The notes: generated by a model not told the origin, from the sequence alone. 64,000 bases of DNA from an uncultured Gammaproteobacteria bacterium (GCA_963773065.1 CAVYZN010000008.1:32001-96000), one strand, 5' to 3'; numbered from the stretch's first letter, positions 31,722 through 46,620 are shown. Made by a program: numbers and translations.

Positions 31722-32190
31722 GCAGGGACGACGCGGCGGCAAGGGATACTGCATCAGTGGATTGGTACAAACCGCAGCAGCGCTTCCCGGTTGGACCAGG
31801 AAGCGGCCAGCCCGGCGGCCGCCGCGCGCGACAGCCAGCGATAGGAGCGGTGTTCGTGCGGATTCAGCCTCACCGCCGGTCGGCTGCGCATTCGACCCGG
31901 AATACATGTTCAAGGTTGGTCGCGGCATCGGGCGCGTAGCGCGCGCGCCAGGCGGGATGAAGGGTAAAGCGGATCGATGTCCGGCAGTCGACCGGCGCCG
32001 CATCAATGCCGGTTTCCTCCCGGAGTTCGCGTCGTGCGGCCTGCGGCGGCGTTCTCGCCCCAGTCCAGTGATCCCGTGACCGACTGCCAGAAATCGGCGG
32101 GTCCTGCCTTTGCAGCATCAGGACCTCGCCCATCGTGGTGTAGACGATGACCAAGACCGATTCGGGCCGTTTGTATTGCGGAGGTTCCAG
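31709..32190 (-). CDS. nudB: Dihydroneopterin triphosphate diphosphatase (Nudix), frameshifted
   Basis: YKRPESVLV, FWQSVTGS, AARRELREETG Nudix box, WRARYAP..NLEHVF; aspS-nudB-yebC-ruvC order. Confidence 0.85.
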
Positions 32191-32256
32191 AACGTCCTCA
32201 CTGCCCGGACACGGAGGGAATGAAATTGTCCCTGCACCCGCGCCCGAGCGGGTTAT

Positions 32257-32285
32257 TCACTTCTCACTTCTCACTTTTACACTTT
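32257..32285. repeat. Heptamer tandem repeat (TCACTTC x about 4)
   Basis: TCACTTC TCACTTC TCACTTT TACACTTT. Confidence 0.65.
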
Positions 32286-32299
32286 CCCGTGGATTCGAC

Positions 32300-32347
32300 G
32301 TACAGGGATGTACAAGTGTCGCGTGAGGCAGGAGGCCGGAAGCGACC
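32300..32347 (+). repeat. 48-nt ANGGA-loop structured element, intergenic copy
   Basis: GTACAGGGATGTACAAGTGTCGCGTGAGGCAGGAGGCCGGAAGCGACC; 37/48 ungapped identity to the clpB insert unit with compensatory stem changes. Confidence 0.8.
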
Positions 32348-32395
32348 CGTGGCCATAAATTCAAACTGGTCATGCAGAACGCAGCCGGTCAGCTC

Positions 32396-34171
<1,776 letters not shown>

Positions 34172-34265
34172 GCAATGGAATTCCTGTGAGTTTCAGGGGC
34201 GAACGCGGCATGGTACGAGGTCGCCGCAGCCGGCGCAATACGGCACCGGACCCCGGTTGCCGGCC

Positions 34266-34604
34266 TCAACTGCCGGCGGTTTCCTTGCTGGAGGCGCCGC
34301 CTGAGGTCGTATCCGCGCCTTTCGGTGTGCCGGTGCCTGAGGTCGTGTCGCCGCCCTTCGGTGTGCCGGTGCCGGCGGCGGCGCCGTCCTTGCTGTCCGA
34401 CCCGACGACATTCTTCTTGCCGCCGGTCTTGAAATCGGTTTCATACCAGCCGCCGCCCTTCAGCCGGAAGGCCGAGGCGGAAACCAGTTTTTTCATGGCG
34501 GGTTTGCCGCATTTATGGCAGTCCGTCAAGGGCGGATCAGTGATCTTCTGCAGTGTTTCCAGATAGTGCCCGCAGGCTTCGCAACGATATTCATAGATAG
34601 GCAT
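34266..34604 (-). CDS. FmdB-family zinc-ribbon protein
   Basis: MPIYEYRCEACG..CHKCG..FRLKGGGWYETDF; tail has a 36-bp tandem duplication (34299-34370). Confidence 0.9.
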   Translation of the reverse strand: MPIYEYRCEACGHYLETLQKITDPPLTDCHKCGKPAMKKLVSASAFRLKGGGWYETDFKTGGKKNVVGSDSKDGAAAGTGTPKGGDTTSGTGTPKGADTTSGGASSKETAGS

Positions 34605-34813
34605 GTCAGGTACATCCGTCCGGTGATTCCACCTTGCCGCCAGCGACCCTGGCAACAAGCGGTAGTATTATAGCGCCCCGGCCGGGACCGGTGTCTACGC
34701 CCCGCGGTCCGGGTAAACACAACAGACAAAGGGTTTGCGCAAGGTTCCGCGGGCGGCGTGATTCTGTGACAATAGCGCATCGCACGGCCGGTCAGGAATT
34801 CATCCGACAGCAC

Positions 34814-36635
34814 ATGCATACTCACCCAACCACCCTTCCCGGCAGCGCCGGCGCGGACAGGGAAACGCTGCGCCTGCTGGCGCCGTTCCTGTGGAGGTAC
34901 CGGGGCCGGGTGCTGCTCGCTCTGCTTTTCCTGGTACTGTCCAAGATCGCCAACGTCGGGATCCCGCTGGTGCTCAAACACATCGTCGATCATCTCGATG
35001 CCGCCGGGGTAAAGTCACTGGTGCTGCCGCTCCTCCTGCTGATCCTCTACGGGGTACTTAAACTCGCAAGTTCCCTGTTCAACGAATTGCGCGACTCGGT
35101 ATTTGCCCGGGTGCGCCACGGCGCAACCCGCAGCGTGTCGCTCAAGGCACTGGAGCATCTGCACAAACTCTCCCTGCGCTTTCACCTGGAACGCAAGACG
35201 GGTGGCTTGTCGCGCGACATCGAGCGGGGCACGAGCAGCGTCAGTTCGCTGCTCAACTACATGGTGTTCAACCTGCTGCCCACGCTGGTGGAAATTCTCA
35301 TGATCGCCGGCATCCTGCTGTTCCGCTATGACGTCTGGTTCACGCTCATCACCGTCGCCGCGGTGATTATCTATATCGTGTTCACCATGAAAATCACGGA
35401 ATGGCGCATGCAGTACCGGGTCACCATGAATACGCTGGACTCCAAGGCCAGCAGCCAGGCCATCGACAGCCTGCTGAACTACGAGACCGTCAAGTACTTC
35501 GGCAATGAAGCCTATGAACTCAGGCGCTACGATGATTCCCTGCGCGGCTGGGAGGCGGCGGCGGTCAAGAGCCAGACTTCCCTGTCGGCGCTCAATTTCG
35601 GCCAGTCCGCCATCATCGCCATCGGCGTCACCCTGATCATGATCCTGGCCGCCCGCGGCGTGGTGGCCGGCACGATGACGCTGGGGGATCTGGTGCTGGT
35701 CAATGCCTTTCTGCTGCAACTGTTCATTCCGCTGAATTTCCTCGGCGTCGTCTACAGTCAGCTCAAACACGCCCTGGCCGACATGCAACTGATGTTCGCC
35801 GTGCTCGAGCGCGAACCCGAGATCACCAACCGGCCCGGCGCCCGGGAACTCGACGTCGGGGCGGCGGAAGTCCGCTTTGAACACGTCTCCTTCGCCTACG
35901 AGCAGGATCGGCCGATCCTGCATGGCGTCAGTTTCACCATACATCCCGGTCAGAAAATCGCGGTGGTCGGTCCCAGCGGCGCCGGCAAATCCACCCTGGC
36001 GCGGCTGTTGTTCCGCTTCTACGACGTCTCCGCCGGGCGCATTCTCATCAATGACACGGATATCCGCGCGGTCACCCAGGAAAGCCTGCGGCAGCGCCAT
36101 CGGCATCGTTCCCCAGGACACGGTGTTGTTCAACGACACCCTGTACTACAACATCGCCTACGCCAGGCCCGGGGCGGAGCGCGCCGAAGTCGAGCAGGCC
36201 GCACGGCTGGCGAACATTCACGCGTTCATCATGTCCCTGCCCCGGGACTACGCCACCGTGGTCGGGGAACGCGGGTTGAAACTCTCCGGCGGGGAGAAGC
36301 AGCGCGTCGCCATCGCCCGCGCCATCCTGAAAAATCCGAAGATACTGTTATTCGACGAAGCCACCTCCAGCCTGGATTCCCATTCCGAACAGCAGATCCT
36401 GGATGCCCTGCGCCAGGTCGCCGCCCACCACACCACGCTGGCCATCGCCCATCGGCTGTCCACCATCGTGGATGCCGACCACATTCTGGTCATGGACGGC
36501 GGCCGGATCGTCGAGCAGGGGACCCATCAGTCCCTGCTCGATCACAAGGGTTTTTATGCCAGGTTGTGGGCGTTGCAACAGGAGGAAAAGCGGTACGAAC
36601 TTCCGGCGGAGGCGGCCGCCGCGATGCTGGTGTAG
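34814..36635 (+). CDS. ATM1-type ABC exporter (TMD+NBD), frameshift near 36095
   Basis: LSLRFHLERKTG, DSLLNYETVKYF, GPSGAGKST, GERGLKLSGGEKQRVAIAR. Confidence 0.92.
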
Positions 36636-36712
36636 CTAGCCGTGATTTCCCGGACCACAACGCAGGAACCCACCAACAGGCGGGTTCCCGGAGGCGGCAG
36701 TGACTAACTGGC

Positions 36713-37303
36713 TCAGAAATTCAGCCGCACGCCAGCGAAGAAGTCGGTCACATCATTGTCGCTGAACCTGCGCACCCGTGTCCGCAGCGAGTACTGTTTG
36801 TTCAGGGCGTAGACCAGGCCGAGGCTGTAACCGGTATCTTCGTAGTTATCGGTATGCACCCGCACGATGGAGGGAGTCATTTCCAGCTTCTGCAGCGCCT
36901 GAACGCGGCCGCCGAATTCCATCTCATAACCTCTTTCGCTGTTATTGTTATTGCCCGAGTTTTCATTGTCGACAAAGCTGACGGTGCCGGTTAAATCAAC
37001 TTTTTCATGGACCGAATAATTGCCGCCCATCCCGATCCTGAAGGAATCGATATCGATATTATCGTTGCTACTGCCTTTCACATTATCGACCCAGAGTCGG
37101 GAATATCCGCCTTTTACATGAACATAATCACCCGCGGCGATGGACAGCTCCGTCGTGGCGCCGGAGGCATCCATCGGATCGGAGTTGATGTTTGTATAGC
37201 CGAGTTCGGCGTAGGAATAGTTGAACCCCTTGGCGCTCGTACCTTGTGAAACCGCCGCCAGCAGGACACATCCCAATGCGGCAATGAATCGACTCTTTAT
37301 CAC
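36713..37303 (-). CDS. Outer-membrane beta-barrel protein
   Basis: Signal peptide, NYSYAELGY first strand, alternating strands, C-terminal GVRLNF. Confidence 0.8.
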   Translation of the reverse strand: MIKSRFIAALGCVLLAAVSQGTSAKGFNYSYAELGYTNINSDPMDASGATTELSIAAGDYVHVKGGYSRLWVDNVKGSSNDNIDIDSFRIGMGGNYSVHEKVDLTGTVSFVDNENSGNNNNSERGYEMEFGGRVQALQKLEMTPSIVRVHTDNYEDTGYSLGLVYALNKQYSLRTRVRRFSDNDVTDFFAGVRLNF

Positions 37304-37502
37304 CTCGACTCCTCCTGTCTTTTGTTGTGATGCTCAAATGAATCTTGCAAGCACGGCGATACTAAGAAATAGCGGACGCCGATACAAGCACTTATCGCAA
37401 CTAACCGAATATTACCGGGTGATTTTGACAGCGGCACAGCGACCGGCCAGACTTCCCGGCCAATGGACATCCTTTAGATTCACAATGACTTAGGCTAATG
37501 CA

Positions 37503-38330
37503 ATGGACACACGAACGATCCTGATAACCGGCTGTTCTTCCGGCATAGGCCGATGCGTGGCCTGCGCCCTGAAGACGCGCGGTTACCGGGTATTCGCCAC
37601 CGCCCGCAAGCGGGAGGATGTTGAATCCCTGGAAGCGGAAGGGCTGGAAAGCCTGCAACTGGATCTGACGGATTCCGGTTCAATCGCCGCGGCTGTTGGC
37701 GAAATCCTGGCGCGCACCGACGGACGCCTCTATGCCCTGTTCAACAACGGCGCCTATGGGCAGCCCGGCGCGGTCGAGGACCTGTCACGCGAGGTGCTGC
37801 GACTGCAATTCGAAACCAACCTGTTCGGCTGGCATGAGCTGACCAACCGGGTATTGCCCGTGATGCGCCGGCAGGGCTACGGGCGCATCATCCACAATAG
37901 TTCGCTGCTGGGTTTTGTCGCCCTGCCGTTTCGCGGCGCCTACACCGCCAGCAAACATGCGCTGGAAGGACTCACCGACACCCTGCGACTGGAATTGCGC
38001 GGCAGCGGCATCCATGTCTCGCTGCTCGAACCGGGGCCGATCGAAAGCCATTTCCGGTCCAATGCCTTTGCCGCCTACAAACGCCATATCGATCCGCAAA
38101 AGAGCGTCCATCGCAGTCACTACAGGAAACTGGAGGAACGTTTGATCAAGGCGGGACCGGTCGCGCCGTTTACCCTGCCACCGGAAGCCGTGTTGAAAAA
38201 GGTCATCCACGCACTGGAAAGCCGCCGTCCCCGGGCGCGTTACTACGTCACCTTCCCCACCTATTTGTTCGGCGTGTTGAAGCGGCTGTTGCCACAGGAT
38301 GCACTCGACAGGCTGCTGCTCAGAGTCTGA
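37503..38330 (+). CDS. SDR family oxidoreductase
   Basis: ITGCSSGIG, FNNGAYGQPGAVED, YTASK. Confidence 0.92.
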   Translation: MDTRTILITGCSSGIGRCVACALKTRGYRVFATARKREDVESLEAEGLESLQLDLTDSGSIAAAVGEILARTDGRLYALFNNGAYGQPGAVEDLSREVLRLQFETNLFGWHELTNRVLPVMRRQGYGRIIHNSSLLGFVALPFRGAYTASKHALEGLTDTLRLELRGSGIHVSLLEPGPIESHFRSNAFAAYKRHIDPQKSVHRSHYRKLEERLIKAGPVAPFTLPPEAVLKKVIHALESRRPRARYYVTFPTYLFGVLKRLLPQDALDRLLLRV

Positions 38331-38509
38331 CCACGCGATGTGGTCAGAGAACGCATGCGCACCAGTGGTAAACACCGGTATCACCGCGTGACGTCACGCT
38401 CGCGGCCGCAACGGTATTCACTGCAGGACTTACCGCAGAGGCTTGCAACGTAGCGCGTTTGCGAGGTGAGCCAGGCAACTTCGTATGCCGTGGGCTTCGG
38501 TGACCTGCC

Positions 38510-41210
<2,701 letters not shown>

Positions 41211-41247
41211 GGGTTGTGTCTCCGCTGATGCAGGTTATTACCCTGTT

Positions 41248-41275
41248 TATTGGGGGTGAATCCACCGGTTTCAAG
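41248..41275 (-). promoter_or_regulatory. Sigma32 (RpoH) promoter of clpB
   Basis: CTTGAAA-13 bp-CCCCAATA about 40 bp upstream of the clpB ATG. Confidence 0.75.
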
Positions 41276-41331
41276 ACCCGCCGCAATTACGCCGACCACA
41301 TATGCCCGTCGACATCCGCGGTGGGCTGGGA

Positions 41332-42130
41332 TCAGTGCAGCGTCGAATGGGTAAAATAGATCACCATGACGCCGGCCGCGATCAGTATGATCTGCTGAAA
41401 TGTTGCATGAGACCTCGACACGCTGGTGCAGCGTGGGGATGAGATCCGCCACCGCGATGTAGATAAAACTCGACGCGGCGACGGCCAGCACGTAGGGCAA
41501 GACGGCTTGCAGGTCCTACAGGGCATAAAAGGCCAGCAGGCCACCGATCACGGTGGTCAGGCTGGACAGAACATTGTAGAACAACGCGCTCCCGCGCCGG
41601 TAACCGCTGTGCAGGAGCAGCGCGAAGTCGCCCACCTCCTGGGGAATTTCGTGGGCCGCCACGGCCAGGCTGGTCACGATGCCCAGGTGAACGTCCGTGA
41701 GAAAGGCGCCGGCAATCAGCACGCCGTCGAGAAAGTTATGCAGACCGTCCCCAATCAGTATCAAGGTACCGGCGGAACGCTGGCGGCCATTCTCTGCGTG
41801 GATGTGGATTTCACCGGGTGTATGGACTTCACATTGATCGGCATGGCAATGCCGCCATATCACCATTTTCTCCAGCAGGAAGAACCCCAGCAGGCCGAAC
41901 AGTACCGTCATGGGTATGAGGTGGGTATCGGTTATGCCCGGTGACTCGAGCGCATGCGGCAGCAGCCCCATGAAGGCCGCCCCCAGCAGGGCGCCGGTCG
42001 CGAAGCTGATCAGGTGCGGCAGCACCCGGTTGCGCAGCGGCTCCTTGAGGACCAAAAACACCGCCGCCGCCAGCACGCTCAGCACGCCGCCGACCAGGCA
42101 GAACAACACGATCCAAACGATCAGCGGCAT
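41332..42130 (-). CDS. ZIP family metal transporter (frameshift near 41520)
   Basis: His-rich loop, GDGLHNFLDG, HEIPQEVGDF, multiple TMs. Confidence 0.9.
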
Positions 42131-42185
42131 GCGGTTATCCCGGGTTCACTTGCGGTCGGTCATGATACCTGACGGTAACAGTACC

Positions 42186-42926
42186 TCATATATCCTGCAG
42201 CCAGATCAGCGTCGCCATGCGGCCGGTGACTCCCTCCCGGCGGTAGGAGTAAAAGCGCACCGGGTCCTCAAAGGTGCAGAATCCGCCCCCATAGACCGCG
42301 CTGACCCCATGGCTCTGCAGGCGTTGCCGGGCGAGATGGTACAGATCGGCATGCCAGCCCCCGGCCGCTGCAGGCCGGAATGCCGCCTCTGCCGCCGGAT
42401 CGTGCGTGACGAACGTCGCGCGGACTTCATCACCCACCACGTAGGCCTGCGCGCCGATGGCCGGTCCCAGCCAGGCCATCAGCTCGCCGCCCGGCACCGG
42501 CAGGGCGGCGACGGTCTGCTCGATCACCCCGGCCGCCAGGCCGCGCCATCCGGCATGCGCCGCCGCGACGGCGCGCCCGCCACGATCACACAACAACACC
42601 GGCAGACAATCGGCGGTCAGCACGGCGCAGACCACACCCGGCTCGAGGGCATAAGCGGCATCGGCCATGACCGGAGTATCGACCCCGGCGGCATCCACCA
42701 CCTGCGTGCCATGCACTTGCGTGAGCCACGCCGGCATCAAAGGAAGCCGCAGCGCGCGCCCCAGATGCAGGCGGTTTGCCGCCACCGCATCGGCATCATC
42801 CCCCACGTGAGCGGCCAGATTGAGGGAGGCATAGGGCGGCCGGCTGACCCCGCCAGCACGCGTCGTGGACACGGCGCGGACCCGCTCCGGCGCCGGCCAC
42901 TCGGGAATGATCCAGGCATTACTCAA
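42186..42926 (-). CDS. pgeF: Peptidoglycan editing factor PgeF (YfiH)
   Basis: SLNLA.HVGD, QVHG, TADCLPV, HAGWRGL, FYSYRR; TTG start overlapping the rluD stop. Confidence 0.93.
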   Translation of the reverse strand: MSNAWIIPEWPAPERVRAVSTTRAGGVSRPPYASLNLAAHVGDDADAVAANRLHLGRALRLPLMPAWLTQVHGTQVVDAAGVDTPVMADAAYALEPGVVCAVLTADCLPVLLCDRGGRAVAAAHAGWRGLAAGVIEQTVAALPVPGGELMAWLGPAIGAQAYVVGDEVRATFVTHDPAAEAAFRPAAAGGWHADLYHLARQRLQSHGVSAVYGGGFCTFEDPVRFYSYRREGVTGRMATLIWLQDI

Positions 42927-43890
42927 TCGAGTCGCCCTCGCGCCGGGCATCGGCGCGCAGGGCAGCAACGAGTAATTCCATATCGGGCGGCAACGGCGCC
43001 TGCCACGCCATCTGTTCTCCGCTTTTGGGATGCACGAGTTCCAGAAGCTGCGCATGCAGCGCCTGACGCCTGAAGTCGTGTAACACGTTCTTCAGGACAT
43101 CGCCGGCGCCGCGCGGCAGGCGCAGCCGCCCGCCGTAGACCGGATCGCCGAGGACGGGACTGTGTAGATGCGCCAAATGAACCCGGATCTGGTGGGTGCG
43201 GCCGGTTTCGAGGCGCACCCGCACCAGCGTGTGGGCGCGGAAGCGCGCCACCACGCGGTAATGGGTGATCGCCTCCCTGCCGCCCGTCACCACGGCCATG
43301 CGCTTGCGATCAACCGGATGTCTGCCGATCGGCGCATCGATCCGGCCGCCGGCGGTCAACACGCCATTCACCACGGCCAGGTACTCCCGCCTGATGCGAC
43401 GCGCCTGCAGTGCTTCGACCAGTTTGTTGTGGGCGCAAAGCGTGCGCGCCACGACCATCAGGCCACTGGTGTCCTTGTCGAGACGGTGCACGATCCCCGC
43501 GCGCGGCAGCGCCGCCAGTCCGGGGTCATGGTGCAACAGGGCGTTCAGCAACGTCCCGTCCGGGTTGCCGGCCGCGGGGTGCACCACCAGCCCGGGGGGC
43601 TTGTTGATCACCAGCAACTCCTCGTCTTCATGGATCAGATCGAGCGGTATCGCTTCGGGCGCGTCGACGATCTCAGCGGTGATCTCGGCATCGATGCGGA
43701 CCGTATCACCGCCGTGTACGCGCTCTCTGACCTTTGGGACCCGGCTCTCCAGCGTCACCTGCCCGTCCCGTATCCATTGCTGAAGACGGCTACGCGAATA
43801 ATCCGGCACCAGTTCCGCGAGCGCCTGGTCCAGGCGCTCGCCGTCGAGATGTTCCGGGATGCTGACTGAGAACCGGATGGGTTGGGACAT
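42919..43890 (-). CDS. rluD: 23S rRNA pseudouridine synthase D
   Basis: S4 domain, GIVHRLDKDTSG, LETGRTHQIRVH; divergent from bamD. Confidence 0.96.
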   Translation of the reverse strand: MSQPIRFSVSIPEHLDGERLDQALAELVPDYSRSRLQQWIRDGQVTLESRVPKVRERVHGGDTVRIDAEITAEIVDAPEAIPLDLIHEDEELLVINKPPGLVVHPAAGNPDGTLLNALLHHDPGLAALPRAGIVHRLDKDTSGLMVVARTLCAHNKLVEALQARRIRREYLAVVNGVLTAGGRIDAPIGRHPVDRKRMAVVTGGREAITHYRVVARFRAHTLVRVRLETGRTHQIRVHLAHLHSPVLGDPVYGGRLRLPRGAGDVLKNVLHDFRRQALHAQLLELVHPKSGEQMAWQAPLPPDMELLVAALRADARREGDSIE

Positions 43891-43974
43891 GACAAGATGA
43901 GGTTTGGGTTATACTCTGCGGCCTGCCCGGGGCAGGTTCATACCTGGGCACGCTATTTCTGATACCCTAAGCCC

Positions 43975-44781
43975 ATGCGTTTGTCGAGTTATTTTCCGAT
44001 ACTCCTGCTGCTCCTGGCCGGCGGCTGCTCTTTGTTGCCTGAACAGGTGGACAAGACCAAGGACTGGTCGGCAAGCCAGCTCTATTCCGCGGCCAAAGAG
44101 TCCCTGAATGACAAGGATTATAAAGAGGCCATCGACTATTTCGAAAAACTCGAAGCGCGTTACCCGTTCGGGACGTACGCCCAACAGGCCGAACTGGAGA
44201 TCGCCTACGCCTATTACAAATACGAGGAACCCGAATCCGCCATTTCCACGGCCCAGCACTTCATCAAGATGAACCCGCGTCACCCGAATGTCGATTATGC
44301 CTGGTACATCATGGGGCTAACCAATTACAACCGCGGCAAGACGTTCATAGACCGTGTCCTGCCCCAGGACCCATCGCAACGCGACACCACAATCATGCAC
44401 CAGGCCTACGACGACTTCTATCAACTGGTCAAGAACTTTCCCAACAGCAAATATGCCGGCGACTCGGCGCAGCGCCTGATACACCTGCGCAATAACATGG
44501 CGCTTTATGAAATGCACGTAGCAGACTATTACATGCGCCGTAGCGCTTATATCGCCGCCGCCAACCGCGCCGAATACGTCGTCGAGAACTATCAGCGCAC
44601 GACCTCGATACCCGATGCGCTGATCATCATGGTGCGCGCCTACCGCAAGCTCGGGATGAATGAACTCGCGGATGACGCCCTGCGCGTACTGCGTCTGAAC
44701 TACCCCGACAATCCCGACATTCCCGCCCTGTCGCAGGGGCTCGATCCGAAGCATAAAAAAGGTCTGTTCGGCTGGCTTTAG
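43975..44781 (+). CDS. bamD: Outer membrane assembly lipoprotein BamD
   Basis: Lipoprotein signal, LEARYPFG.YA.QA, HPNVDYA.Y..GL. Confidence 0.95.
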   Translation: MRLSSYFPILLLLLAGGCSLLPEQVDKTKDWSASQLYSAAKESLNDKDYKEAIDYFEKLEARYPFGTYAQQAELEIAYAYYKYEEPESAISTAQHFIKMNPRHPNVDYAWYIMGLTNYNRGKTFIDRVLPQDPSQRDTTIMHQAYDDFYQLVKNFPNSKYAGDSAQRLIHLRNNMALYEMHVADYYMRRSAYIAAANRAEYVVENYQRTTSIPDALIIMVRAYRKLGMNELADDALRVLRLNYPDNPDIPALSQGLDPKHKKGLFGWL

Positions 44782-44916
44782 CTAGTGTTCATCCATAAAC
44801 ACCGTACTCACCGCAAAGACGCAAAGGACGCAGAGAAATATTTCAACGAAAACAATTAAACACTTTGCGTTCTTGGCGTCTTTGCGGTGAGTTTATTTCT
44901 TTATGGAGGCCACTAG
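44782..44916. repeat. Nested inverted-repeat element between convergent bamD and nadE
   Basis: Outer CTAGTGTTCATCCATAAA / TTTATGGAGGCCACTAG; inner ACTCACCGCAAAGACGCAAAGGACGCAGAG / CTTTGCGTTCTTGGCGTCTTTGCGGTGAGT. Confidence 0.8.
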
Positions 44917-46571
44917 CTGGTATATCCCGAGGTAATCGGGTAACGCCGGTCACGCCCGAAGGCGCGCCGGGAAATGCGTATTCCGGGTGGCGCCTGGCGG
45001 CGCTTGTATTCATTGCGGTCCACCATGCGGACAACCCGCAGCACCACATCGGCGTCGAACCCGTCGGCGACGATCTGCTCGATACTCCTGTCCTGCTCGA
45101 TGTAGCGCTCCAGTATCGGGTCGAGCACGGTATACGGCGGCAGGCTGTCTTCATCCCTCTGATCCGGCGCCAGCTCGGCGGACGGCGCCCGTTCCAATAC
45201 CCGTCGCGGTATGACGCCGCCGAGGCTGTTGCGGTAGTCCGCCAGCCGGTAGACCAGCAGTTTCGGCACATCCTTGATCGGCGCGAAGCCGCCGGCCATA
45301 TCGCCGTACAGGGTCGCATAGCCAACGGACATCTCGCTCTTGTTGCCGGTGGTCAGCACTATCCTGCCCTTCTTGTTGGATAGCGCCATCAATATCACGC
45401 CACGACAGCGCGCCTGAATGTTCTCCTCGGTGGTATCCGCCGCCAGGCCGGCGAAGCTGGCCTCGAGGGCGGCAAGGAAGGTTTTGAAAACGGGTTCTAT
45501 GGATATCTCCTGATACTCGACCCCCAGCGCCTGCGCCTCGGCACGCGCGTCTTCCAGACTGATGCCGGCGGTATAGCGTGAAGGCATCATCACCGCTTCA
45601 ACCTTGTCGGCGCCCAGTGCGTCCACGGCGATCGCCAGCGTTAACGCGGAATCGACGCCACCCGACAGGCCGATCACCGCGCCGTCGAAATGATTCTTGC
45701 GGATATAGTCCCGCACACCCAGCAGCAGCACCTTGTAAATGGCCTCGGTGTTATCCAGATGCGCTGCACACTCACCGGGTATCGGCCGCACCCCGTCGGG
45801 GTCCGCCTCGAAATCGACCGGCAACAATACTTCCTCGCAGGCCGGCGCCCGGTGCGTCACCGCGCCATCCGTACTGACGACCACCGAACCCCCGTCGAAT
45901 ACCAGCTCATCCTGGCCGCCGACGAGATTGACGTAAACCACGGGGATGCCGGCCTCTCGGGTGCGCTGTCTCAGCAGGACCTCGCGCTCGACACCCTTGC
46001 CGGCATGGAAGGGAGAGGCATTCAGGTTGACGAGCAGGCGCGCGCCGGCGAAGGCGGCCTGCATGGCGGGACCCGTCGTCCAGATATCTTCGCAGATGGT
46101 GATACCCACGGGAACGCCATTGAGATTCACGACACAGGCGGAATCACCCGCCGAGAAGTAGCGTTTTTCGTCGAATACGCCGTAATTCGGCAACTGCTGC
46201 TTGCGGTAACTGGCGATGATTTCCCCGTCCCGGATGACGGAGGCGGCGTTGTACACCCGTCCCTCACGGCGCAATGGATGCCCGATGATGGCCACGATAT
46301 GACTGATGTCCCGTTTCAGGCGCGCCATGGCCTCATCGGCATGATCGATAAAGTGCGTGCGAAACAGCAGATCCTCCGGTGGATATCCGACCAGGGCGAG
46401 TTCCGGGAACACAATCACATCAGCGGCCAGCTCATCCCGGGCATAGCGGCAGGCGGCAATGATCTTCTCGGCATTCCCATGGATATCGCCAACCAGAAAA
46501 TCAAGCTGGGCCATGACGACGCGCAGACGATTCGATGATGGTTGCGTTGCTGAGGGCACGGTAGGGGTCAA
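44913..46571 (-). CDS. nadE: Glutamine-dependent NAD+ synthetase
   Basis: Nitrilase-fold N-domain (FPEL, LPNYGVFDEKRYF, ICEDIW), GLSGGVDS, ENIQAR, YATLYGDMAGG; start uncertain. Confidence 0.95.
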   Translation of the reverse strand: MTPTVPSATQPSSNRLRVVMAQLDFLVGDIHGNAEKIIAACRYARDELAADVIVFPELALVGYPPEDLLFRTHFIDHADEAMARLKRDISHIVAIIGHPLRREGRVYNAASVIRDGEIIASYRKQQLPNYGVFDEKRYFSAGDSACVVNLNGVPVGITICEDIWTTGPAMQAAFAGARLLVNLNASPFHAGKGVEREVLLRQRTREAGIPVVYVNLVGGQDELVFDGGSVVVSTDGAVTHRAPACEEVLLPVDFEADPDGVRPIPGECAAHLDNTEAIYKVLLLGVRDYIRKNHFDGAVIGLSGGVDSALTLAIAVDALGADKVEAVMMPSRYTAGISLEDARAEAQALGVEYQEISIEPVFKTFLAALEASFAGLAADTTEENIQARCRGVILMALSNKKGRIVLTTGNKSEMSVGYATLYGDMAGGFAPIKDVPKLLVYRLADYRNSLGGVIPRRVLERAPSAELAPDQRDEDSLPPYTVLDPILERYIEQDRSIEQIVADGFDADVVLRVVRMVDRNEYKRRQAPPGIRISRRAFGRDRRYPITSGYTS

Positions 46572-46584
46572 AGAAGATTGTTTT

Positions 46585-46612
46585 CTCTGCGTCCTTTGCG
46601 TCTTTGCGGTGA
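46585..46612. repeat. Single arm of the CACCGCAAAGACGCAAAG repeat family
   Basis: CTCTGCGTCCTTTGCGTCTTTGCGGTGA is the reverse complement of the left arm at 44808-44835. Confidence 0.75.
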
Positions 46613-46620
46613 ACGACGAT

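Noticed and set aside
38326-38400. Short palindromes after the SDR (TCTGACCAC..GTGGTCAGA; GCGTGACGTCACGC)
   Set aside because: Single occurrences without U-tracts; at most weak terminators between convergent genes.
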